A DNA stretch of 64,000 nucleotides from Candidatus Poribacteria bacterium (GTDB taxonomy: Bacteria; Poribacteria; WGA-4E; WGA-3G), in assembly GCA_965214095.1 (NCBI GenBank), contig OZ243938.1, positions 1,600,001 to 1,664,000 on the forward strand. The letters run 5' to 3'. The notes under the pieces were generated by a model. The model searched no databases and had not been told where the DNA came from. It saw only the letters and a list, made by a program, of their open reading frames with translations. The position numbers and the translations under genes are program-made. Shown here piece after piece: positions 50,381 through 60,945 of this stretch (position 1 is the first letter of the stretch; every line of letters starts with the position of its first letter).

Positions 50381-51562
50381 ATGCAAATTTCTGAAATCCA
50401 AAATCTATTATCAACATTAGATATTGAAGCTTGGCTCCTGTACGACTTTCGAGGTATCAATCCTATTTCGCAAAATGTAGCAGGATTTGCCGGGAAAAAC
50501 ATCACCCGTCGTTGGTTCTGTCTGGTACCTAAACAAGGTGAGCCGCGATGGTTAATCCATCGAATAGAAACATCTAACTTTACGGATGTGTCTGGACAGG
50601 TATCTCTATATGCCGGTTGGCAAGAACTAAACGAAGAGATGCCCAAACTTCTCGCTGATATTCAATCGGTCGCGATGGAGTATTCACCCAACGCATCAAT
50701 TCCCTACATTTCTCGTGTAGATGCTGGGACTTTGGAATGGGTTCGTAGTTTTGGCATTGAGATCGTATCATCAGCGGAACTTGCCCAATATATGGAAGCA
50801 CGACTTACCGATGTCCAATATGAAGGACACGTGAAATCTGCCCGACAGATTCTTCAGGTAAAAGATTATGCGTTCACATGGATCGGTAACCAACTAAAGT
50901 CTAACAGCACCATCACTGAATATGATGTTCAACAACAGATTCTCAATCAGTTTGATGAGATGGACTTGGATGCTGATCACCCACCGATTGTTGCTGTCAA
51001 TGCTAACAGTGGCGATCCACATTACGCACCATCTGTAGATAAATCACAACAGATACGTAAGGGTGATTTTATCCTAATTGATTTATGGGCAAAACAGAAG
51101 GAACTGGATGCAGTATTTGCAGATACGACGTGGGTTGCTTATGCGGGTTCTTCCGTGCCAGACAAATATGTGCAGATATTTGAGATTGTTAGAGAAGCAC
51201 GAGACAGAGCAGTTGCGTTCATACGCGAAAGATGGATAGCCAACGAACCGATTCCGGGTTATGCAGTTGATGATTGTGTTCGCGGGCATATCACAGAAAA
51301 AGGATACGGTGAGTATTTTATCCACCGCACGGGACATAACATCGGAACCGTGATCCATGGTAATGGTGTCAATTTAGATAATTTGGAGACACAAGATGCT
51401 CGTGTACTGATTCCGGGTATCTGTTTTTCAATTGAACCTGGTATCTATCTTAGCGATTTCGGCGTGAGGACTGAAATTGACGTCTTTCTAACTGGACCAG
51501 GGAAAGACGGCGTAGTATTGACAACCGCGCCCGTTCAAAATCAGGTATTGCCTCTGCTGTGA
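50381..51562 (+). CDS. M24-family Xaa-Pro aminopeptidase
   Basis: PHY, IDLW, ADTT, HRTGH, SIEPGIY, GVRTE. Confidence 0.92.
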   Translation: MQISEIQNLLSTLDIEAWLLYDFRGINPISQNVAGFAGKNITRRWFCLVPKQGEPRWLIHRIETSNFTDVSGQVSLYAGWQELNEEMPKLLADIQSVAMEYSPNASIPYISRVDAGTLEWVRSFGIEIVSSAELAQYMEARLTDVQYEGHVKSARQILQVKDYAFTWIGNQLKSNSTITEYDVQQQILNQFDEMDLDADHPPIVAVNANSGDPHYAPSVDKSQQIRKGDFILIDLWAKQKELDAVFADTTWVAYAGSSVPDKYVQIFEIVREARDRAVAFIRERWIANEPIPGYAVDDCVRGHITEKGYGEYFIHRTGHNIGTVIHGNGVNLDNLETQDARVLIPGICFSIEPGIYLSDFGVRTEIDVFLTGPGKDGVVLTTAPVQNQVLPLL

Positions 51563-52310
51563 CTTTGTAATTCCGTTCCTTTAGATCCTTTAATATGTGT
51601 GAAAAATATATCCGTGTATTAAGTATCCACTGTTCAGAATAAGCAGTTGCAAGCATTGGCAGTGATATTGATAAACGTGGTGCGTTTAGTAGCCACTGTT
51701 CTGCATATTCTGCGAAGTCAGTTTCAACCAATCCTCTACATCCGAGTGTATAGATAACAAACCGTTTATCTTCACGTTGGTCTTCCCGAACATCTAGTTC
51801 CGTGTTGAGAGACATTCGTCTTTCGCTGTCAATCTCAAATACCCAGAAAAAATAATCTTCGTTGTGTCCAAGATATCCGATTTCAACTTCAAGACGATGG
51901 TGTTGTTCAGTATGGATTGGGTTTGCTGCCATATCACGTTTAATCAATATTGGGTAAAGTGCAGTGAAAAAAATCTGCTCATATCCCATGGGATGTTCAA
52001 CATTGTTGAGAATTTCCAATAGTTTTTGTTGGTCATGCTGTAATCGCAGTTCAAGACAGCATTTTGAAAAAACTTCTTCACGTAGTGCTTGCATTTCTGG
52101 TGGAGCGTCCTCAACAAGGGGTTTGAGTTCCTGTATTAATCTGATGATCCGTCGGCGTTTAGGTGTAATACGCCAGAAACACCAACGGATGATTGCGACA
52201 TAAGTTTCTTTTTCTCGGACTAATGCAAACAGACCTTGCGCGAAGTTTGAAATGCGTTGAAATATGCTTTCAGATGCCAGTCCTCTTTGTTGTCTTGCCA
52301 TAATATGCAA
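51450..52310 (-). CDS. Hypothetical protein
   Basis: 286 aa ORF; 3' end overlaps the convergent M24 gene. Confidence 0.5.
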   Translation of the reverse strand: MHIMARQQRGLASESIFQRISNFAQGLFALVREKETYVAIIRWCFWRITPKRRRIIRLIQELKPLVEDAPPEMQALREEVFSKCCLELRLQHDQQKLLEILNNVEHPMGYEQIFFTALYPILIKRDMAANPIHTEQHHRLEVEIGYLGHNEDYFFWVFEIDSERRMSLNTELDVREDQREDKRFVIYTLGCRGLVETDFAEYAEQWLLNAPRLSISLPMLATAYSEQWILNTRIYFSHILKDLKERNYKVTAEAIPDFERARLSILRRLSLVQLERRQFQSSRRNR

Positions 52311-52559
52311 TACCTTGGAATTACTGAGATAGTTTTTCTATACGATAATGTGCTTTATTTGGTTTTTGTTTCTTGTGTTTCGGGTATAGGTAGTGGTTAG
52401 CGTTATGGATATCCCAACAAACACATGAAACCATCTACGTGGAATTCTTACTAACGACACATAGTCATTATTATCTTGATTGTGAACCATAATAAATAAT
52501 TATACAAGGGGGATTGATGTTTTTTCAAGTTAAACTGTGCGTCATATTGGCTATTTTTT

Positions 52560-52588
52560 TTGACATTTCTCCCCAAATGTGTTATATT
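52560..52588 (+). promoter_or_regulatory. tRNA promoter
   Basis: TTGACA-N17-TATATT. Confidence 0.65.
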
Positions 52589-52646
52589 ATTCAAGTATCA
52601 TGGTTTCACAATGATAACTTTATTAGAAGGTTTCAATCCTTCTTGT

Positions 52647-52731
52647 GCCGGAGTGGTGAAATCGGTAGACGCACTGGATTCAAAATCCAGCGGACCCTAG
52701 GTCCATGTCGGTTCGAGTCCGACCTCCGGCA
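52647..52731 (+). tRNA. tRNA-Leu(CAA)
   Basis: GCCGGAG/CTCCGGC acceptor stem; CTGGA-TTCAAAA-TCCAG anticodon arm; long variable arm; GTTCGAG T loop; CCA not encoded. Confidence 0.97.
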
Positions 52732-52735
52732 TACT

Positions 52736-52765
52736 GCGATGGTTTCTTAAACCATCGCTTTTTTG
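52736..52765 (+). terminator. Rho-independent terminator
   Basis: gcgatggttt-ctt-aaaccatcgc followed by a T run. Confidence 0.75.
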
Positions 52766-52770
52766 TTGTC

Positions 52771-53562
52771 CTACATTGCGATGATTTTCCGCATCCGTTT
52801 TGCGAGATCAATTTGCGCGTCTCTATCTCCTCCGACTTCGTGAACAACATATCCATCATATCCGACAGCACGGAATGCTTCCATAACTGCTTCCCAATCA
52901 GTATCGCCATCTAATAGATTGACAAACCGATGGGATCCTCGTGAGAAATCCTTAAAGTGTACGCGTTTGATACGGTGCCCCAGTTCACGTATCCAATGTT
53001 CAGGATAACCGTAAGCCATCATGTTTGCAGTATCAAGATAAGTCCCAACCCAGTCGCTACCGATTTCGTCAACAATTTCTCGCATCTCCTTTGGACTGAG
53101 TAGGAATTTGTTCCATACATTTTCCAATCCGATGGCAACTTTGTGCTTTTCCGCAGAAGGTGCGAGGTCTTTTAGAATGTCCACAAGGTTATCCCAGACT
53201 TTTTGATATGTGCCATCAACGCTGAGTTGTCCCGGGTGGAGGAGTATCCCACCTACACCGAGTGCTCCTGCTACTTCTAAGCCACGCGCAAGTGATTTCA
53301 CACCGTTGTTACGTTGTTCTGCATCAGGACTGAGTAGATTTCCTCTATTCGAGTAACCTGCAGTAATACTTGCGATTTCAACTCCGGCGGATTCACATTT
53401 TGCTGCTATACCTTTTAGTTCAGTATCACTCATATTTATGTCTGTGTCCTTGCCTTCTCCAAATGTGAGTTCAACTGCATCGTAGCCTGCATCTTGGCAG
53501 AGCGAGAGTGTGTCATCCAGTGACATATTGCCGAGTATTATTTGGGTGACGCCTATCTTCAT
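52771..53562 (-). CDS. Sugar phosphate isomerase/epimerase
   Basis: GLENVWNKFLLSP, YLDTAN, VHFKDF. Confidence 0.88.
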   Translation of the reverse strand: MKIGVTQIILGNMSLDDTLSLCQDAGYDAVELTFGEGKDTDINMSDTELKGIAAKCESAGVEIASITAGYSNRGNLLSPDAEQRNNGVKSLARGLEVAGALGVGGILLHPGQLSVDGTYQKVWDNLVDILKDLAPSAEKHKVAIGLENVWNKFLLSPKEMREIVDEIGSDWVGTYLDTANMMAYGYPEHWIRELGHRIKRVHFKDFSRGSHRFVNLLDGDTDWEAVMEAFRAVGYDGYVVHEVGGDRDAQIDLAKRMRKIIAM

Positions 53563-53566
53563 CTTA

Positions 53567-53812
53567 TTATTCTTTCTCCTTTTCTGTGTGGAACTGTAAT
53601 GGTGTCAACGATTGTATGCATAGGTAACGTGTTTCAAGGCATTGTGGACACCTTAATTCAACATAATATGTATCGTTGAACACGGAATCAATCCAGTCTG
53701 TTTGTCTATCTTTTGAAGTTCCTAAGAATTGTTCAAGCACCTCGTAATCCTTACTACAATCAGGACAGATTTGTAAGTCATGTCCAATATCAAGATTGTC
53801 TAACCATCCCAT
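53567..53812 (-). CDS. Small CxxC...CxxC hypothetical protein
   Basis: CPDC...CPQC; operonic between hflX and the isomerase. Confidence 0.55.
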   Translation of the reverse strand: MGWLDNLDIGHDLQICPDCSKDYEVLEQFLGTSKDRQTDWIDSVFNDTYYVELRCPQCLETRYLCIQSLTPLQFHTEKEKE

Positions 53813-53855
53813 TATTTTGTTGTTCCTTCAAATATATCGGACTTTTCCATCTTAT

Positions 53856-55163
53856 CTATAGTGTTGGATTCAGGTCTGTGACAGCAAATTTTGATACCGA
53901 TTTGAGATGGCGGCTGGGTATGCTTGCCTTCACATGAACTGCTTCATCCGCATATTTTGTATCAAGAACTGTTCCGTGTTTATACAGCAGGTCTAAAACT
54001 TTACCATCCTTATAAGGTATATGTAAATTGATCATAGCACCGTGTGAAGCGAACCGTTCTGCTAACATATCCATTAGTTCTGAGATACCGTCGCCGCGTT
54101 GTGCTGATATAGGCATAGCCTCTGGATAGCGTGACTGTAATAAAAGCATTTGGTCTTCAGATTCAAGTTGGTCAATTTTATTGAAAATCATAATTGTAGG
54201 CATGTCATCTGCCTCTAACTCAGTGAGAACTTTATCAACGGCATTGATTTGTGCCTCAGCTTCTGAATGGCTTATGTCGACGACGTGTAGCAACAGATCT
54301 GCCTCAGTCACCTCTTCCAAAGTTGCTTTAAAGGCTGCGACTAATTGGTGTGGTAACTTCTTGATAAAACCGACAGTATCGCTTAACAGAATGGTTTGAT
54401 TTTGAGGTAGAGTGACTCGTCTTGTGGTTGAATCCAAAGTAGCAAAGAGTTTGTCTTCAGCAAGAACATTTTCACCGGTTAAGGTATTAAACAGTGTAGA
54501 TTTTCCTGCGTTTGTATATCCTACCAGAGATACTTTTATTTTCTCAGAGCGATTTTGCCGTTGAACCTTACGACGTTTCTCAACCTTCAATAATTCCTTT
54601 TTGACATGAGAGATATGTTTACGAATCCAGCGTCTGTCCATTTCGAGCTGCGTCTCACCTGGACCACGTAGAGCACCACTTCCACTTCCTGCACCGGTTG
54701 CCATTCGTGAAAGGTGTGTCCACATCCGTGTGAGTCGTGGTAAAGCGTATTCTAATTGTGCCAAAGTAACTTGCAAGCGCGCTTCGCTTGTCAACGCTCG
54801 TTGTGCGAAAACCTGTAGGATAAGTCCTGTTCTGTCAACGGTGGCGGTATCAAGTGTGTTTTCTATATTACGTGTTTGTGCAGGTGAAAGTTCTTCGTCA
54901 AAGACAATCACATCCGCTTCAAGCTCTTCAACGATTGCTTTTAATTCTTCAACTTTACCTTCACCAATAAAGTAAGTTGGATTAGGGACATTGCGTGCTT
55001 GAATTGTCTCACATACCACTTCAATTCCTGCGGTCTCTGTTAGCTGGCGTAGTTCCTGTAGTGATTCCTCTGTCTCATGGAGCATGGAGTCACGTAGAGT
55101 CACACCAACAAGAATCGCTCTTGATGGTGGGTTAGGTGCTTGTGTATCGTAAAGTTGTTGCAT
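53856..55163 (-). CDS. hflX: Ribosome-splitting GTPase
   Basis: RGPGETQLE, GYTNAGKST, LFATLD, DTVGFI, NKID. Confidence 0.97.
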   Translation of the reverse strand: MQQLYDTQAPNPPSRAILVGVTLRDSMLHETEESLQELRQLTETAGIEVVCETIQARNVPNPTYFIGEGKVEELKAIVEELEADVIVFDEELSPAQTRNIENTLDTATVDRTGLILQVFAQRALTSEARLQVTLAQLEYALPRLTRMWTHLSRMATGAGSGSGALRGPGETQLEMDRRWIRKHISHVKKELLKVEKRRKVQRQNRSEKIKVSLVGYTNAGKSTLFNTLTGENVLAEDKLFATLDSTTRRVTLPQNQTILLSDTVGFIKKLPHQLVAAFKATLEEVTEADLLLHVVDISHSEAEAQINAVDKVLTELEADDMPTIMIFNKIDQLESEDQMLLLQSRYPEAMPISAQRGDGISELMDMLAERFASHGAMINLHIPYKDGKVLDLLYKHGTVLDTKYADEAVHVKASIPSRHLKSVSKFAVTDLNPTL

Positions 55164-55302
55164 ATTACCTCTTATTGGTTAGGAGATTTGTAAAATCCTA
55201 TCTATAAGTTTATCAGATTCATTCGTAGATTTCAACCCTATCTTTGGGTGTGCGGATTATTTATGGTGAAACCTAAAAATAGCCCTGAGACACCCGTTAT
55301 AT

Positions 55303-55331
55303 TTGCCTTTCAATTCTCCTTGTGTTATAAT
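55303..55331 (+). promoter_or_regulatory. Sigma70 promoter
   Basis: TTGCCT-N17-TATAAT. Confidence 0.55.
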
Positions 55332-55366
55332 GATTTTACATTCACCTTACTGTCAAGGAAAACGGC

Positions 55367-56431
55367 ATGCTAAGTCGGAACTCAACAGATGGAGAGATAC
55401 TCCCAAACATTGACAAAATCCTTATCATTCGTACAGATGGTATAGGCGACTTGCTGAATTCAACCCCAGCGATAGCCTTACTACGACAGAACTATCCATC
55501 TGCAGAAATCACGGTGTTAGCACGACCACTGAATGCTCCTGCGCTTATCGGTAATCCCGATGTTGATAGAGTGCTTGTGTTAGACCGACAAGGGGAACAT
55601 CGCCAAGTAACTGCGCAGTTGAAATTCTATCAATCTTTGCGTAATGAACGGTTTCATCTTGTTGTTGCGATGCAAACTGCGACTTTATCACATCTCATTG
55701 CTTTTCTCTCTGGTGCGTCCTATCGGTTAGGTCGCTATCAGAAAAGGTTCAGATCAACGTTGACACATGCCTGGAAGGGAAAATACCGGAAAGGTGAAAC
55801 TCACGAGGTGGATAGGAACTTAGCATTAGTCAAGTTGGTTTGTAAGGGTGAAGGCACACAAAAACTGGTTTTGAATCTGTTACCCGATGAAACTACGCAA
55901 GCAGAAGCACAGCTTGTGTCTTGGGATGTTGGCAGTGATGCTTTTCTTATCGGGATTCATCCGGGTGGAAGTTCTTTTGATAAACAGTGGCCAGAAAAAC
56001 AGTATGCTGAACTTGCTGACAAACTTGTTCAGGACTATAATGCAACGATACTGCTTTTGCATGGACCGAATGAAGAAGAATTGGCACAGAATATACAGCA
56101 AACAATGCAGACTAAACCTAACATTTATGCACCAGAATCCATCAGGGAATTGGCTGCGCTTTTATCTCGTTGTAATATGGTTGTATGCAATGACTCGGGT
56201 CCTATGCATCTCGCTGCGGCATTGGACGTACCAACGGTAGCGATTTTCGGTCCGACGGATCATGTTGCGTGGAGACCGATGAGTGAGAATGCATCTGTCG
56301 TACGGAGGGATATGCCGTGCTGGCCTTGCAGTGCACACAAATGCAAAATCGGATGGGAATGCACTAAGAAACTACCAGTTGAAATGGTTTTGAATACTGC
56401 AATGACAACTTTAGAAATGAGGAGAAAATGA
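55367..56431 (+). CDS. GT9 glycosyltransferase (heptosyltransferase-like)
   Basis: IGD, HPG, NDSGPMHLAAA, IFGPT. Confidence 0.92.
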   Translation: MLSRNSTDGEILPNIDKILIIRTDGIGDLLNSTPAIALLRQNYPSAEITVLARPLNAPALIGNPDVDRVLVLDRQGEHRQVTAQLKFYQSLRNERFHLVVAMQTATLSHLIAFLSGASYRLGRYQKRFRSTLTHAWKGKYRKGETHEVDRNLALVKLVCKGEGTQKLVLNLLPDETTQAEAQLVSWDVGSDAFLIGIHPGGSSFDKQWPEKQYAELADKLVQDYNATILLLHGPNEEELAQNIQQTMQTKPNIYAPESIRELAALLSRCNMVVCNDSGPMHLAAALDVPTVAIFGPTDHVAWRPMSENASVVRRDMPCWPCSAHKCKIGWECTKKLPVEMVLNTAMTTLEMRRK

Positions 56432-57675
56432 AAATAGCGATAGCTGCTTGGGGAACAACAGGGGATGTCTACCCTCTCTTAGCACTCTCTGAACGATTGC
56501 TAAACAATGGACATCAGGTGCGTGTGTGTGCCCCAACTATCTATAAAGACAAGATTCATGAGATTGGTGCGGAATTCTACGAAGTTGGCGGCAGTTTTGA
56601 TTTTGCTGAATTCCATCAGACGATGGACACTATGATTGCTATGCGTGACCCGATGGCTCCGTTGTTGCTAATTGCCAAGGAAGGTGTTCTAAAACGTGGA
56701 GAAAAGTGGTATAACGATTGTCTTACAGCGATGAAAGGGTATGATTTAGTTATATGTCACTCCATTGACATACCCGCTCAGGAAGCCGCCATTCGAAACG
56801 ATTTACCGTGGATAACAGTAGCGTACTGTCCTGGTTTCATAAAAACATCTGACCAAGCCCCATATCCATTTCCAAATTGGGGTCCGACGTTCAACGCATT
56901 CGTATGGAAGTTAGTAAGGTTGCGACTGAAACAATCTGTTGATCCGCTTTTCAATGAGTTTATCGCGTCTATCGGTGGGAAACCGAGGGCTTTTATGTCT
57001 TCTGACGAGATGTATTCACCGTATCTGAATTTGTTAGCAGCCTCCCCATCTATTTGTTCAGCAATAAGATTTAAACCGAACCACAAATGGACAGGTGTTT
57101 GGCATCTTGGACAACCGGATTACGAACCACCATCGGATCTCACAGATTTTCTGTCTGAAGGATCGCCCCCCATCGTGATTTCGTTTGGATCCATGGGAGG
57201 CAGTGATGGGAAAGAGACAACGGAGATATTAGTTGAAGCAATCACAATGACAAACCAACGTGCTATTATCCAATCGGGTTGGGGTTTGTTAGGCACACAG
57301 GATGCTAATCCGAATATCTACTGTGCTGAATATGTTCCACATCAATGGTTGTTTCCACAAGCGAGTTGTGTCGTGCATCACGGTGGTGCGGGGACAACTG
57401 CTTCAGTCTGTCGTGCCAAAGTGCCATCAGTCGTTGTGCCACACATCGCTGATCAGTTCTATTGGGGAAAGTTGCTTTATGACATAGGGGTTGCACCGAG
57501 AAGTTTACCTCGGCGTAAACTCACTGCGAAACGGCTTGCACAACGGATTGAACAGGTTTTAGAGACACCAAAGATGACTGAACGTGCAGAGTCCTTAGGT
57601 ACACAGATGGAATCTGAAGATGGTTTGACTACTGCAGTTGACCTGATTGAATCTTTTCCTATGTCTGAGAAATGA
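56428..57675 (+). CDS. GT1-family glycosyltransferase
   Basis: GTTGDVYP, SFGSM, VPH.WLF, HHGGAGTT, ADQFYW. Confidence 0.9.
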   Translation: MKIAIAAWGTTGDVYPLLALSERLLNNGHQVRVCAPTIYKDKIHEIGAEFYEVGGSFDFAEFHQTMDTMIAMRDPMAPLLLIAKEGVLKRGEKWYNDCLTAMKGYDLVICHSIDIPAQEAAIRNDLPWITVAYCPGFIKTSDQAPYPFPNWGPTFNAFVWKLVRLRLKQSVDPLFNEFIASIGGKPRAFMSSDEMYSPYLNLLAASPSICSAIRFKPNHKWTGVWHLGQPDYEPPSDLTDFLSEGSPPIVISFGSMGGSDGKETTEILVEAITMTNQRAIIQSGWGLLGTQDANPNIYCAEYVPHQWLFPQASCVVHHGGAGTTASVCRAKVPSVVVPHIADQFYWGKLLYDIGVAPRSLPRRKLTAKRLAQRIEQVLETPKMTERAESLGTQMESEDGLTTAVDLIESFPMSEK

Positions 57676-58664
57676 AAAAAATCCTCGTATTCAGTTTCAG
57701 TTTTATCGGTGATGCAGTGCTATCTACTACTGTTATCCAACCACTTCAATCTCATTTCCCTGATGCTCATCTTACCTTTCTTGTCGGGTCAAGTGCGTAC
57801 AATCTTCTTGCTAATGACCCACAAATTGATGCCACTCTTGTTTATGATAATCGGGGTGAACATAGAGGATTGAGAGGACGGTTAAAACTGATCAATTCAC
57901 TTCGTGGTGAAAGGTATGACCTTGTTGTGAATTTACGAGATAGTTTTGTTGCTCGTTGTATTGGTGCGGAACATTGGGGTTTGGTGCGCGGAGATAGGGA
58001 ACGGCATGCTGTTGTCCGTTATCTGGAAGTGCTGTGTAAGCGAGGTGTGGATATAACGGATGCTAATCCTCGCTTACAATTGACTGAAAAAGAGCAATCG
58101 GCTGCATCTCATTTTCTTACGGATTCAGGAGTTAGTTCTGAAAAGACAATAATAGGTATTCATCCGGGTGGAAACTGGATTTACAAGTTGTGGAATGCTG
58201 AGAAATTTGCACTACTCGCGAATACTTTGGTAAATGAAAAAAACGCTACGATTTTGCTATTTAGCGGTCCTAATGAACGGGAACGCCAAACTCAGGTTGC
58301 AGGTATGATGGATACAGTGCCAATCCTTGTCAAAACAACAAACTTACGAGAAGTCTCTGCATTGATTGCGGCATGTGATGTTTACATCGGCAACGATACG
58401 GGTCCGATGCACATTGCTGCTGCTGTTGATACTCCTGTGGTTGCACTTTTCGGTTCAACGAATCACATTCGGAGTGGTCCCTATGGTGAGCAGCACACTG
58501 TTGTGCAGAGTAGAGTGGATTTGGGGTGTAATCCGTGTCATCCGGGGAGGAATCCTGGTGGGTGCGGTGCTGGTAGTTGTGCTGTAATTGATGGGATTAC
58601 GGTGGAGCAGGTGTTGGCGGCTGTGGATCCTCATCTGAATAAGTCTTCTTTGAAATTACATTAA
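57672..58664 (+). CDS. GT9 glycosyltransferase (heptosyltransferase-like)
   Basis: IGDAVL, HPGG, NDTGPMHIAAA, LFGST. Confidence 0.92.
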   Translation: MKKILVFSFSFIGDAVLSTTVIQPLQSHFPDAHLTFLVGSSAYNLLANDPQIDATLVYDNRGEHRGLRGRLKLINSLRGERYDLVVNLRDSFVARCIGAEHWGLVRGDRERHAVVRYLEVLCKRGVDITDANPRLQLTEKEQSAASHFLTDSGVSSEKTIIGIHPGGNWIYKLWNAEKFALLANTLVNEKNATILLFSGPNERERQTQVAGMMDTVPILVKTTNLREVSALIAACDVYIGNDTGPMHIAAAVDTPVVALFGSTNHIRSGPYGEQHTVVQSRVDLGCNPCHPGRNPGGCGAGSCAVIDGITVEQVLAAVDPHLNKSSLKLH

Positions 58665-58667
58665 TTT

Positions 58668-60893
58668 TCAAAACTTCCTCCATTGCAAACGTAGACTATT
58701 CAGCACAACAGACACACTACTAAACGCCATCGCAAATGCAGCTAACATCGGATGCAACTCACGCAACATTAATGGTAAAAACGTAAGCGGAAACAGCACA
58801 CCTGCAGCAACAGGAATTAACAACACATTATAGAAAAATGCCCAAAACAAATTCTGTTTGATAGCTCGTAGTGTTGTCCGACTTAACCGAATAGCATCGG
58901 GAATAGATCGCAGATCTCCATGCATCAATGTCAAATCGGCTGTTTCCATTGCAATATCTGTTCCAGTGCCGAGTGCCATACCGACATCCGCTTGTGCTAA
59001 CGCAGGGGCATCGTTGATTCCATCTCCTACCATAGCGACATAACCATCCGTTGTTTCCTGTGTTTCTTTGACGGCAAAGGCTTTGTCTTCAGGAAGTAGT
59101 TCCGCCATCACATCTGTAATGCCAACACTTTTTGCTATGGCAGCGGCAGTTCCACGGTTGTCTCCTGTCATCATCGTCACTTCGCATCCAAGTTGTCGGA
59201 GTTCAGCGACAGCAGCCTTTGCATCTGGTTTCACCGTATCTGCAACTGCAAGAAGGCCACTTACTCTGTCATCAATTGCAACCCACAGTACTGTTTTCGC
59301 TTCTGCTTGCAACCTCTCCGCATCCGCTTCTAAAGTTTGAGTCGGAATGTTGTGTTGTTGCATTAAAGACAGATTGCCAATGATTACTTTATTCTTATCC
59401 AGTTGGGTGATGATACCGTTGCCTGCAACAGCAGTAAAGTCTGTTGGCACCGTGGTCTCAATTGCTTTTTCAGATGCTGCGCGAACGATTGACTTTCCGA
59501 TGGGGTGTTCACTTCCCCGTTCTGCAGATGCAGCGATTTGAAGCAAACGGTTTTCATCACCATCACTTGCGATTATGTCAGTGAGTGAAAGTTGACCTTG
59601 TGTTAAGGTACCGGTTTTATCAAGCACAATTCGTGATATTGCACCAGCATGTTCTAATGCTTCACTATTCCGAAACAGGATACCGCGATGTGCTCCGATT
59701 CCTGTGCTGACCATAATTGCAGTGGGTGTGGCTAATCCCAATGCACATGGACATGCAATCACTAAAACCGCTACCAATCGGAGCATGGCATCTGTGAACT
59801 CTTGTCCAGGAATGAACCACCACACGAGGAACGTCGCAGCTGCAATACATAAGACAACAGGCACAAATACACTTGCGACTGCATCCGCTGTGCGTTGTAT
59901 CGGTGCTTTACTCTGTTGTGTTTGTTGTACTAACTGGACAAGTCGTGCAAGTGAAGTCTCTGACCCCACTCGTGTTGCTGCTATTGTTAGCATACCACTC
60001 TGATTAATTGTTGCACTTGCCACCGTATCCCCTATAGTCTTATCTACAGGCATGCTTTCACCAGTGAATATGCTCTCGTCAACGGCACTTGAACCTTCGC
60101 GGACGATGCCATCAACAGGTATACTCTCACCGGGGCGGACAATAAGATGATCGTCAACCGCGACTTGTTCTATCGGTATCTGCTGTTCTTCCTCATCTTT
60201 TAGGAGACAGACAGTTTTCGGTGAGAGTCGCATTAGTTTTTTGAGGGCTGCGCTTGTCTGACCTTTTGCACGTGCCTCCAGAAGTTTGCCGAGTTTAATC
60301 AGTGTGATGATAACAGCCGCAGTTTCAAAATAGACGTGGTCACCGAGTCCATGTATATTTAATATGGGAGCAACAATTACAACAACACTATAGAGAAATG
60401 CAACAGATGAACCCATCGCGACGAGCACATCCATATTGGCAGAACGGTTACGCAGTGACTTAACACTACCAACATAATAGTCCCAACCAACATAGACTTG
60501 CACTGGAAGTGCCAAAGCAAACATCACCCAACCGACCCAAGTGGCATTTTCCCATCCACCTAACCATCCCATATCTATTCCCATGCTGAGTATGAATAAC
60601 GGGAGTGTGAAAAGTAGACCTACACAGAATTGTAACTTCTGTTTCTTGAGTTCTGCAGCACGTGCTTCTGCCTCAGAATCCGAATCAACGACATCAAATC
60701 CGAGGGAACGAATTTTGTCAACGATCTTATTTTCGTCAAGAGCAGACGGGTTATAGGTGACTGCCGCCTGCTCTGTTGCGATGCTAACATTTGCTGCAAG
60801 GATACCCGCCATCTCAGTGAGACCTTGGGTGATTGTAGCAGCACAGCCTTCACAATGCATGCCAGTGATGGGAAGGGTAATCTGTTGTTGCAT
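58668..60893 (-). CDS. copA: Copper-translocating P1B-type ATPase
   Basis: GMHCEGC HMA domain, [26 protein letters not shown]...MAFSS. Confidence 0.92.
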   Translation of the reverse strand: MQQQITLPITGMHCEGCAATITQGLTEMAGILAANVSIATEQAAVTYNPSALDENKIVDKIRSLGFDVVDSDSEAEARAAELKKQKLQFCVGLLFTLPLFILSMGIDMGWLGGWENATWVGWVMFALALPVQVYVGWDYYVGSVKSLRNRSANMDVLVAMGSSVAFLYSVVVIVAPILNIHGLGDHVYFETAAVIITLIKLGKLLEARAKGQTSAALKKLMRLSPKTVCLLKDEEEQQIPIEQVAVDDHLIVRPGESIPVDGIVREGSSAVDESIFTGESMPVDKTIGDTVASATINQSGMLTIAATRVGSETSLARLVQLVQQTQQSKAPIQRTADAVASVFVPVVLCIAAATFLVWWFIPGQEFTDAMLRLVAVLVIACPCALGLATPTAIMVSTGIGAHRGILFRNSEALEHAGAISRIVLDKTGTLTQGQLSLTDIIASDGDENRLLQIAASAERGSEHPIGKSIVRAASEKAIETTVPTDFTAVAGNGIITQLDKNKVIIGNLSLMQQHNIPTQTLEADAERLQAEAKTVLWVAIDDRVSGLLAVADTVKPDAKAAVAELRQLGCEVTMMTGDNRGTAAAIAKSVGITDVMAELLPEDKAFAVKETQETTDGYVAMVGDGINDAPALAQADVGMALGTGTDIAMETADLTLMHGDLRSIPDAIRLSRTTLRAIKQNLFWAFFYNVLLIPVAAGVLFPLTFLPLMLRELHPMLAAFAMAFSSVSVVLNSLRLQWRKF

Positions 60894-60901
60894 TTGTTCT
60901 C

Positions 60902-60926
60902 AGCGCGCTTACAAAGTGCGCCTACC
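60902..60926 (-). repeat. GTAG-type REP-like palindrome
   Basis: Minus strand ggtaggcgcactttgtaagcgcgct, similar to 39502. Confidence 0.6.
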
Positions 60927-60945
60927 GTTTGTGTGTAAGTCCAAG

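Noticed and set aside
52647-52731. tRNA-Leu as attachment site of an integrated element
   Set aside because: No duplicated tRNA 3' end and no integrase seen; a terminator and housekeeping genes follow directly.
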